From NCBI GenBank assembly GCA_012295275.1, contig CM022672.1:26908001-26972000 (forward strand): DNA of 64,000 nucleotides. The letters are read 5' to 3'. Each line of letters opens with the position of its first letter. Position 1 is the first letter of the stretch. The stretch comes from Chrysomallon squamiferum (lineage: Eukaryota > Animalia > Mollusca). Shown here one piece after another: positions 41,633-52,453 of this stretch. The translations under genes were made by a program, and so were the position numbers. The notes under the pieces are model-generated. The model made no database searches and was not told the DNA's origin. It saw only the letters and a list, made by a program, of their open reading frames with translations.

Positions 41633-41720
<88 letters not shown>
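41633..41720. repeat. (AG)44 microsatellite
   Basis: Directly visible. Confidence 0.97.
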
Positions 41721-41721
<1 letters not shown>

Positions 41722-42272
41722 ATCATAAATACTGGCAGGTAGCGGGTAATACTAATAATTTAAAGTCTATAAAGGATATTGTATGTTCTCTACTTGTCAT
41801 AACATGTCATTTTGTTTTCTAGACTGATTACTCTTCTAAGATTTTTTCACATTCTTAAAAATACAACAATAACAAATATTAATAAACATTTAAATAACAA
41901 TATATGAATTTTACTTATTCCGAATGTACTCGGTAACACCATTTTGTTACTCCATGATCCATCTTCTACGAACGAGATTCCGAAATAGCCCGAATACCGA
42001 ACTGTTACGACGTTAACAGAATCACAAAACAATTCTGAATTCAGCGTGACACAAATGTGCTCATGTATTTCCGTTTTTATACAGACCAACAATAACTACG
42101 TATTTGTTACAGCAGCCGATCTCCAACATGACGCAAATAATTAACTTGAAATTCAAAACAAAAACAATCGGTTTTCCAACCGTACAATCCGGCAAAAATG
42201 TATACAGATTCAAACAATGAGAGAGAATACAACGACAAAACTAACATTTTAAAAATAGCAAAATGTACTTAC

Positions 42273-42312
42273 CGGATCCGAGGGAACTGAACGGCGATAA
42301 CGAAGTATCCAT
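42273..42312 (-). CDS. LMO4: LMO4 first coding exon (MDTSLSPFSSLGS, phase 1)
   Basis: The minus strand reads acaa ATG GAT ACT TCG TTA TCG CCG TTC AGT TCC CTC GGA TCC G|gtaagt. It has a good start context and a consensus donor, and its 40 nt join exon 2 in frame (G+GA = Gly). It sits next to a promoter-like CpG-containing island. Confidence 0.75.
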
Positions 42313-42539
42313 TTGTGATAGAAGAGAGTTTTCAGGGCTAAGTCACATGTGTTGACAACTTGACACGGACAAAGGCTGTGCACTTTTCTCGGTACTCCAA
42401 TGTTAAAGCGCACACACACCACAACAAAAACACACGGAATATACCGTGTTAAGCGGCACTAGTTAACTCTTCGCTGTACGTATTTTGCGGCTGTTCTCGA
42501 CTTCAGTATAAACCCGACTGCTGCTTGTAACGTTCGCCT

Positions 42540-42710
42540 CTACCACTGATCGTCTGTATGAGTCAAGATATTTAATTTACCCCGTGTCGAAGATAGCAAT
42601 ATAACTTTGCTAATTTCATTTGTCACATCACATTGGGGTTGCCTCATTAGTCCAGGTCCCAGCGAGTGCAGTGAATGGACGATCTAACGATTTCTACGTC
42701 AGCCAATCGC
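42540..42710 (-). promoter_or_regulatory. Probable main LMO4 core and proximal promoter
   Basis: Minus-strand initiator-like TCAGT at 42545-42549, AP-1 site TGAGTCA at 42559-42565, AT-rich TATA-like stretch at about 42568-42578, and a CRE-like TGACGTA (42695-42701) abutting the NF-Y box AGCCAATC (42701-42708). Confidence 0.5.
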
Positions 42711-43415
42711 ATCGCACCACAGGCCGATAATGATTTACTGGACGGGTCCATTTCGCTTTGGAGGTTTGGAAGGTCGACAGCGCTCAACTCATTAGTTGGG
42801 GGAAATGAAAGCACATGGCTGGATAATATAACCGAGTTGGCACGAAATTAAGAATAAACAAACCAAGCTAATTACCGGGCCCTCGCCATGAAAGGCTGAT
42901 CGATCACAATTACTGAAGTTTAATATTGGACGAACATGAAATAGACGCTATTAAACATCGCTGGCGAAAATTGCTAAACTTCCATTACATTTCAAGTAGG
43001 ACAATCAACTGTATATTGAGGCTGTTGGAAGCAAACCACTGGTTGCCTGGCCGAAGTGGCCTTAATCAGACAAAAATCTATGAAATAATGCAATAAGTAC
43101 GGGCCCCGAGTGTGTAACTCAAATAACTGTCTTCAGCTCTATCAATTAAGCCAGGGTTGTTTTTAACAAGTGTTTTTAATCAGAATTCGGGCTCATTACT
43201 AACGGGGCTTATTACATTATTGGTAGGTATATAATGGGCAACTGTAGCAAGCTTTTTAACGAAGGTAATTGATATAAAATGAATAAATGCAAGCCAGACG
43301 CGTAGATTTCGCTAAACATCTAACAGTGCGTGACCGTGAGGGAGAAAAAGAAATGGCAGAAATATTGCATAAAATAACGAACGTCCGCCGTTTCTTTTAT
43401 ATATTGTTTTACTTA

Positions 43416-43418
<3 letters not shown>

Positions 43419-43468
<50 letters not shown>
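43419..43468. repeat. (TC)25 microsatellite
   Basis: Directly visible. Confidence 0.96.
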
Positions 43469-43473
<5 letters not shown>

Positions 43474-44797
43474 ACTGATTTGTTCACCTTCTCTTTTATT
43501 GTCTTTGTTGTTTTTCCTCTCCCGCTATTTAGAAAAACAAAAATAATAAATCATCAAAAGAATAATAAAAGTAAATTCATATATCAGGTTGGTGGGTAAC
43601 ATTTTCTATCCATATTTTTTTTTAAATACTTCTACCAACGCTACTTACTCATACTCCATACTTGCAAACAAATACACATACACAGACACACAGACATGCA
43701 TACGCACGTCTCCACAAAAACAAAAGCAGTATTTAAAACAGATGTTTATGTCTTCGTACTTACCAAGAAAACTTGTTAAAAATTCGTGTTTGCATTGATT
43801 TCCGATCTAAAGTTCATTTTGCTCTGCATGCTTTCATTTTAATGTTTTTACATATGATTCGATGAAGAGAAAAATCACATTACATGATTATTATCGTCTG
43901 TAAATGAACGTACAACTATTTCTTTGATGTATTGCTTCCTCGTTAGTATTTTTCTTTTTATAATGATACTTTTTTCTCTTTCTAAAAATGCAGCTGAAAT
44001 TAGTCCAAACCTAATACAGATGATTATAAATGTAATGAATACTTCCAACAATTCCTCATGTCTTTATTCTTTCGCCAAACGGTAATAGTCATTCGAAATA
44101 CTTACCGTAAGGAAAAAAAAATTAATTAATTAAAAAATCAAAGCATATAAAAAAAATAATAATAACAATAAAATAAAAAATTTAAATTTAAAATCATAAC
44201 ATGAAACGAAAAAAAAAAAAAAAAAAAAAATCAAATGAACAGAAAGAAAGAAAAACAAATTAATTTAAAAATTTCATTAACTCGAAATAATCTATTATAT
44301 ATAATTATGTGTAATTTTTTATTCGCTTCTTTCGTATATATGAGTACAGATTACAGTTTTTAATTTTCTCGGTTATTTTTTTACCAGTTTAATTTGCTGC
44401 AGTTCTGCCCTACAACATTTCGTCTGAAACTGCGAGGCTGCTGTCGCACCTGGTGCGAATTTGAAAAATAATTATAAAAATTTTATCTTTTTTTATTTTC
44501 TTCTTCGTAATTTGCTTTTCTCCTCCCATTTGAGGCATGTTCCCAATTTTTTGATTCACTCTAAATTACAGAAAACAATTTCGACATATTTATTATACCA
44601 ATGTCCGTGTTCCAAGCAGAGTTATTCCAATATTACACGCTGTATTTATATAATAACATATACTTTTTTTGTCAGCTGTGGTTAACTTTTTGATAGCGTT
44701 TGGCTGAGGGAAAAAATATTTTAATTAGAGAGAAATTTCAGAAAAATATACCTCGCGTTTCACTTTGAATTTTAAACAACAGATCTATTTAGTTATT

Positions 44798-44850
44798 GCT
44801 ATTACTGCTGCTGCTACTACTACTATTACTACTACTACTACTACTACTAT
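44798..44850. repeat. (CTG)n/(CTA)n trinucleotide microsatellite
   Basis: Directly visible. Confidence 0.9.
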
Positions 44851-45539
44851 TGACTAATTTAAAAGAAACATGAAACAGAAACGGCATCTTAAGATACTGA
44901 TTCAAATTTTATATTAAACAACTTTAAAGTTTCAAGGAAAAGTTTAAAAGTGATGTCGGTAAAACTGAATGAGTTATTTCTACAGACATCACGTTCTGAA
45001 TGTTAGATTTTCATTTGAAGTTCCATAAATACAAAAGCAGCTGTTAAAAAGACACACCAGATGACTAACCGAAAAATACGGAAATGGATCGTAATTAAGT
45101 CTAGTGAATTAAAATAAATGAAAAATACACGAAGCGGTTGTTATCGTAATGAAAATAAAATTAATTAACATCAAACAACGTAATTATTTAAGTGTTTTCT
45201 GCTGCAATATATATGACTCATTTTCACAGTGCTGTGGGCATTCGGCCTGGATTAACATTAGAGATATCCTAGTCGTTCCTAGTTTCATAGAAAGCAGTAT
45301 TGCCGGGAAAATGCACGAGACTGCTTTTATGTCATAACAATATTTACCACATCTGCGGCGCGTTATCGATCACCGGATTCGTGGCACATTCATCGCGGTT
45401 AATTGTGACTCTTACAAATTAAATAATTTTGACAAGCGCAAAATACACGCAAAATGTAATCAATGCCGCTTTGATCAGAATAAATTGAATTCTGATTCGG
45501 CTGATGCCCTCCTGCGATTGTCACTGTCGTTGTCATGTT

Positions 45540-45558
45540 TTCCGGTCACGTGACTTCC
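45540..45558. promoter_or_regulatory. ETS / palindromic E-box / ETS-like motif cluster
   Basis: TTCCGGTCACGTGACTTCC contains the perfect palindrome GTCACGTGAC (45545-45554) overlapped on both sides by ETS-type TTCC cores. Function is inferred. Confidence 0.4.
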
Positions 45559-46049
45559 TTCTGTGGTACAGCTGTTTTGTTAATTTGAAAACTTGTCTCT
45601 GATCATTGTTTCCAAGCTGCCGTCTTTTATTACAGAAAGAAAAAAAAAAAATAAAATAATAATAAAATAAAATAAAATGAAAGAGAGAGAAAATTGAAAA
45701 GACTTTCATGTAAGTAACATGCTGACTGGAACCATGGACGTTCGACAAAACGAAAACGAAGATCAGAGAGGAACTGGCGACATGATGAAAAGTGGTTATC
45801 TTTCAAGTTTAAATTTACTATCGCGTTTTCGCTTGATTTTCGTCATCTGTTACATACGACACAGTATCTGCTTATGTACGTACATGCTGCACATATTACT
45901 GCATGACTGCATAATTATTGATTATGTCACAACATGCTGTAGCATTTTATTTATTGTTATTGTTTTACTTTTTTTTTTCTTTCTCTCTAAAACAGATCAG
46001 ACGGTTTTTCATTTCATTTATTTTCCATGTCATGTCAAAACTAAATGTC

Positions 46050-46070
46050 ACCATCATCATCATCATCATG

Positions 46071-46123
<53 letters not shown>

Positions 46124-46277
46124 CATCATTATTATACTTCTTTTTATAAGCAATGTTTTTCTTTTATGGCTTTTATTTTTTATTATTTATTTGTTTTAAC
46201 CCATTTGGAAATAAAAATATTCACAACAACAACAACAACAATAATACATTGTTTTTCATCTGTTTTATTTATTATTT

Positions 46278-46324
<47 letters not shown>

Positions 46325-46350
46325 TTTGTTTGTTTGTTTATTTGTTTGTT
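46050..46350. repeat. Microsatellite cluster (CAT)n, (TTA)n, (CAA)n, (TTTA)n, (TTTG)n
   Basis: Directly visible; it accounts for much of the 211-aa ORF 45719..46354. Confidence 0.93.
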
Positions 46351-46637
46351 TTAAAGTAAACTAAATTTCATGTATATTTAAATATATATACACACACACA
46401 AATATCTACATATAAGTATGTATGTATGCATGGCTATCTGTGTGAGTGTGTGCAAATGAAATATTTAGCATACATAAAATTCAAAACGAATGTAATACAA
46501 AACAATAAGGTCTGCTAACCTATTTTACTTGTGATAAACTGGGAGGAACGGGAAATAAACAAATTGTCGCAGGACTGATCCTTCGTTCATTGACATTTCG
46601 GCCAGATCACCTGCGTAAATCGAACAGGATATCCAGA

Positions 46638-46639
<2 letters not shown>

Positions 46640-46707
<68 letters not shown>

Positions 46708-46780
46708 ACATACATAGATACACACAAACACACACACACAAATATACACACAGACACACACACACACAAACACACACACA
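46640..46780. repeat. (AC)n microsatellite, pure to 46702 then degenerate
   Basis: Directly visible. Confidence 0.95.
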
Positions 46781-47046
46781 AATACAGGAATTAATGGCAT
46801 AATTAATAAAAAGTATACTAATAATAGTGGTGGGATGAGCATATATAAGTGCGATATAAACATTAACGTGATATAAATATATGTGTATGTACTGATGTAA
46901 ACCAGATGAATATTATTATTATTACCTGCGGGATTACTTACTAATTTCGACATGTAAAGGTAATGTTTAAACTTTTGAACTTTTTATCAGTATTTACTGT
47001 TACTAAAGTAAGACAAATACTTTTGTTGTATCGTTGCTGTTGTAGT

Positions 47047-47079
<33 letters not shown>

Positions 47080-47650
47080 TATTATTATTATTATTACTAC
47101 TACTAAATTTATTGTTAATTCTTTCAGATTTTTTATTCACTAAGCTAAAGCGTTTAACAAAAGAAACGAAATATTACATACGTGTCACCCCCCACCCCTC
47201 GTTGTGAGACTTCCCTAAGCAGCAACACGTGTTGTACAAGGATTTAAAAGCAGCGTGTACTTATTAACTCAGAGAAAACATTTAACAAACTTTTGCTGCG
47301 GGCTTTCTGCTCGCCTTAATTGCCCATTCACCGGTCCAAAAATAAAAATGGCAAACATCATGGTTCGTTTACCCGCTAGGTTGTTTGTTATAAATGGTTA
47401 ACTGAACAATCAAGTTACAGTAATATGCTTTTTCAATTTACCAGCAGAAGTTGCTCATAACAAAGAATTTTTGAACACATTGTGACTGACCCAAATTTCT
47501 GGAGCAGTAGAAACTATTCTGTGTGTAGCAATGAAAGTTAATGCATTGAAATTAAATTTAAATATGAAACAATGAAATAAATAAACTGGAAGGAAGTACA
47601 TTAATAAAAATTGAATGAACAAATAAATGAAATATTAAGCAATTTAAATA

Positions 47651-47652
<2 letters not shown>

Positions 47653-47742
<90 letters not shown>

Positions 47743-47757
47743 AAAAATACACACGCA

Positions 47758-47788
<31 letters not shown>
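47653..47788. repeat. (AG)43 followed by (TA)n
   Basis: Directly visible. Confidence 0.96.
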
Positions 47789-48183
47789 CTGGTATTAGGT
47801 GTCACTGACACAGCAAATGACTATTCATTTTTAATTGTCGACCCATATATGCGCTTGAACGATTTATATATATTTAAACACTTTATTATTTTCGTGTCGT
47901 ATCCCATCATTTTGTCAATCCTATAATTTTTGGATAACTAGTTAAAAGAGGAAACCAGCTGCTGCCACTCTGTGGAACAAATTATTTTTTTTGTGCAGAT
48001 TTTATCACTGGCAGTAAAGTACATACGATGCTCTTTGATGCTCCTTTCGTATGATATTGAAATGGAATTGAACTGAATTAAACATAGCCCAATTCAGTTA
48101 AACTGAACTTAATGTAATTCAACTGAATTTTAATTTATTTTTATTAAATTTGAGACATTTGAATATTACAAAACGATGTTATT

Positions 48184-48286
<103 letters not shown>

Positions 48287-48411
48287 ATATCGTTGTTTTC
48301 TTCTTCTATTACTTCTTTTTCATTATTAATATCATTTTCTTATTGTTATTATTATTATTTTTATTGTTATCGTTTTTTATCATTACTGTTATTGTTATTG
48401 TCACTGTTGTT

Positions 48412-48443
<32 letters not shown>

Positions 48444-48523
48444 TTTTTTTTTAATGAAATAAATAATAAAGTAACCCTCTGGATAGGTTATAATCTAAAT
48501 AATGGATATTAATAGGTGTACAG

Positions 48524-48588
48524 GATAACATTTTTATTATGTTTTAAGCCTCACGTTTTGTGAGGCTTAAAACAATAAAAATGTTATC
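48524..48588. repeat. Near-perfect inverted repeat (29-bp stem, 5-nt loop, one 2-nt bulge)
   Basis: GATAACATTTTTATTATGTTTTAAGCCTCAC-gtttt-GTGAGGCTTAAAACAATAAAAATGTTATC. Confidence 0.92.
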
Positions 48589-48999
48589 AGTATAATAATA
48601 ATAATCAGTATAAAATTATCAGCAGAAAAGAAGGCTACAGTTTATATCTAGACTAATTTTAGTTTTGATTTCGTTATTTGAAATAATAATAATAACAATA
48701 GCAACAACAACAACAACAACAACAATAATAATAATAATAAGCCAGTCTTATAGTGTTAAATTACGTAGAAAATTCTGTTTATCTAGATCGTAAAATGTGT
48801 TTATTCGTACATGCATATTCGAAAGGATTTAATTAATGAAAACAATATGAAAAAACCCCAATATTATAAACATAAAAGTTAGAAATGCAGTTTTTCTGTT
48901 ATAAATATTAGTAATAATATGACTACAGTGAACATTACTGTTATATTACAATCCCTACCATTACCCTTTTTAGCACGATCGTCATTACTGTTAATAATG

Positions 49000-49298
49000 C
49001 AGGATCAGAAAGAATCCATTAATTTATCTCAAATGCTTGGGACCGAAATTCCCGAATTTTTTCTATTTTGGAAAGAATATAAGGAGATAATTTGAGAATC
49101 AGATCTAAGACTAAATACGAATTCCATTTATAGGCAAATAGTCTGCCAAATTTCTTTAAATAATATTTTTAATAATTTTATGCATAAAATAAAATTTGTG
49201 TAAGCAACATTTTTTTAAAGAAAACTGTATGACTTCATCATTTCTGCTGCTAGAAAAAAGTTTCAGACTTCGGAATTTCGGGAAAGGGATCCCCTGCC

Positions 49299-49302
<4 letters not shown>
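49000..49302 (+). mobile_element. Degraded MER2-like TcMar-Tigger non-autonomous DNA transposon (MITE)
   Basis: Ordered blocks AAATGCTTGGGACC, CTAAATACGAATTCCATTTAT, AATATTTTTAATAATTTTATGCATAAAATAAAATTTGTGTA and AAAAAGTTTCAGA...AGGGAT...CCTATA match the MER2 consensus as recalled from memory. It shows subterminal inverted similarity (CCGAAATTCC near 49043 versus GGAATTTCGG near 49272) and ends in TA. Confidence 0.65.

Positions 49303-49350
<48 letters not shown>
49300..49350. repeat. (TAA)n microsatellite abutting the MITE 3' end
   Basis: Directly visible. Confidence 0.95.
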
Positions 49351-49562
49351 GCTATATCTCTAGGAATATATGTCAATATGAAATATATATATATATATAT
49401 AAAACTTTGGTTTCCTTTTCTTTTCTTTTTTTTCAAGCCAACAAATGATTTTTCATCATCATAAAAATTTATGAAATACAATATTAACAAAAATACAACG
49501 ATAATCAATTAATTTTTTTTCTTATTTATTTTTGTAATTATCTGACCTTTAAAAAAAAAAAA

Positions 49563-49579
49563 TATTATTATTATTATTA

Positions 49580-49630
<51 letters not shown>

Positions 49631-49675
49631 TATTATTATTATTTAAATTTAAATTTAAATTTAAATTTAAAATTT
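49563..49675. repeat. (TAT)n followed by self-complementary (ATTTAA)5
   Basis: Directly visible; the hexamer array at 49641-49670 is palindromic. Confidence 0.9.
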
Positions 49676-51386
49676 ATTTTTAAAAAATTCTTCAGCAAAA
49701 CAAAAAAACTGCCGCTACCGCTGATTTCGCCTGATTTGAATGACCGAGATGTAAAAGAAAACAACTCGGTTAATGACATCACTTTCCAGTCTGTTAAAAA
49801 CAAACAACATGTACTACACATATAATTCAACAACGTGTTACCATTGTGCCAGTGTGCCAGTTTACCTGCATCGCAACATGCCTGCAATTACTATCAGATA
49901 ACATCGATCCATCTCTGTGACTATATTTGGCTCCAATTTAGTTAATTAAACTAGAGTTCAGCCCTATTTTATTTAGATTGATTCAGTTTAATTTGTGTTT
50001 ATTAATTTATATTAAATGACTGTAATATTAATATTTCTTTAAAACTGTCTGTCTCTCTCCATGTCTGACTATTTATCTAATCTGTCCATCGATCGTTAGT
50101 TTTATTTTTGTTTTACATACATTGATAAGATAAACTAACTACAAAGGCTGAGTTCAAAGCGGATTGATTTTATTTATTATTCTTCTAAACACTATTTTGT
50201 TATGTGTTAGTTTAAAATAATATAACATGTAAACTTTAGCCTGACGAATCATTACAAAACATCTTTATAGATTTTAAAAGCCAAAGGAATAGTTTATGTT
50301 TCGAACAGACGTCTGTCGTGTTTGTTTCTTGTTATATTTAAAGAGCAAAGAAATCGTTTATATTTGACATAGACGATTCGAGCTTTTCTAGTCATATTTT
50401 ACTTCGTGTAGTCTAACAACATTACTGCGAAAAATTAAATACTTCTCGTTCGATAAGAATGTCTTTGAAGATTCTTTGTTTATTTCTCTACCACATTATT
50501 CACGTCTGCGTCCGAAGAGCCAAAAACTGTTTCTGCCTCTCTTGGGTATCACGGCGCGAGTAATGAGGTACGCTACTCTATGACAGTTTATCTTTGCGCG
50601 GGGCAAATTAGTCCATTGAGGAAACAACACGGTTTGGGCGTTCTCATTACAGCATTGTTAGTGAAGACGAAACTTTGCTGCCAGCTGTTCTTGGAACTGG
50701 ATAATGAGCAAAATGTTGGGAGAAATCTGCAGAAAAATAAACCCGTGTACTCCGCTGGACCACTAACGAGCACCTCTCTACACTAAATGTGTGTAATTAG
50801 GCTACATTATGTTGCAAACAAACTCTCTTTTGAAAATACTATGCTTCATTATCTTTTCACTTCTTATTACATTTCTCTTCGCTTGTCTCTCAAAGATCTT
50901 TTTTTCTTCTTTCTTTTTCTTTAAATGAGCTTTGAATCAACAAATGAAAGAGACGAATTTGTATAAAGAATTCAATGTTTTTTAACTACCCCTCCATCAA
51001 TCCTATCCCAAATTTCTTCTTATTTGTGTTTTAATTGGCGAAAAGTGCTGGTAAGTTTTTCCACCTTTGGCCGCGCAAGTCGACTGAGTGTGAAAAGAAA
51101 AATGAAAACGTGGATCGAAAAAGAGAATCCTAAGCCGGCATTCCTGTAATGCAGGCCTTTTTGGATGGGTTGTAAAGATACTAATGATTCGTAAATACAT
51201 CATTAGTGTTACTTCTCTGTCGCAGTTAATTGCTCAAAGACTCTAACTTTTCACTATTAATGAGTGGTTTCTTCTTCAGCGTTTTTCCTTAAAAAAAAAA
51301 GACATTGATGTTCGTGTCTTTTAATTGAAATCATAATCCTGACATTACAAGTAAACAAATGCCATGGTCTCTCTTTCTCTCTCTCT

Positions 51387-51422
<36 letters not shown>

Positions 51423-51444
51423 AACATACAGACACGCAGAAGCA

Positions 51445-51600
51445 GACTGCAGCCTAGTGGTTAGAACGACGGATAGCGTCATGCGGGTTTCACGGTGAAT
51501 CCTCGTTTGACCAGTTTATTTCCCGTCCCACCTGTATTCTGTAACCGATTTCTAAAAGACAACGATATGTGCTTTTATGTATGCAGTCAGATTTCATATC
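51445..51600 (+). mobile_element. Degraded tRNA-derived SINE-like element
   Basis: A-box-like AGCCTAGTGGTTAGA (51451-51465) is followed about 30 nt later by a degenerate B-box-like GGTGAATCC (51494-51502). It cannot fold as a complete tRNA. The 3' boundary is approximate. Confidence 0.45.
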
Positions 51601-52415
51601 CATAGCAGCTTGACAGTAAGATGATCTCATATACATATAATTTTTCATTGATGTCTAATGCCTTTCAGTACTAAAATGGGTTAAGGTATCATCAAAACCA
51701 ATAACTTTTTCTATTCATTCAACATTTTAATATTCAGTCAAATCAGAATTTTTACAATTATTTGTAAAGACTGCTTACAAATCTTTCCTTATCGATCTAA
51801 TTCTGAATAAAATAGATTTAAAAAGAAAATACCTATTTAAGCAATCCTTTGTATCATAAAACTGATTTTGAGGCTAAGATTAATGTCTATTTTGTAATTC
51901 CTGAAGACGCAAATTAATTTGATATGGTTTGTTTTGAAAACAGTCAGTCTGTATAACTTTATTATTAATATTTTTTTTTTTTTTTTTTTATACCAATCAC
52001 ATTTACCCGTTTTATTCTTATAAGAAAATAATATATCAATAATAAACCAAAATATTTAATAGATTTATTCTGTTCAGTTTTCTTAGAATTTATATTATTA
52101 TGATTATTGTTATTTTTATTTTTTTAATCATTACAACTCCAGTAGAGATTTGCCATATTTGTACCTTAATTTACCATGAAAATCTAACTTTTTAATTTGT
52201 GAGAGAAGAAATTAACAGCATTAAACTGGATGAACACAATCGTTTCAAAAAATTAAAAAATGTTTGTGTTTGTCCACGGCATACTAAAATATCTTTGAGT
52301 TTGTATTTAGGAATGGAATAAATTTGGGTTGAATAGAGGGTTTGCATTTAGTATTTTAAAATTGCTTTGGGTCTGAAATTGTTCTGAAATATCTTTACGA
52401 CTGCATTACGCAAAC

Positions 52416-52453
<38 letters not shown>

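Noticed and set aside
44100-44106. Strong minus-strand donor G|GTAAGTA as a further upstream LMO4 exon
   Set aside because: The would-be exon is low-complexity T-rich sequence with no adjacent promoter or acceptor signal.
45719-46354. Longest ORF in the track (211 aa)
   Set aside because: Its second half is poly-His/Tyr/Thr and (IYLF)n microsatellite translation, and the first half has no recognisable domain.
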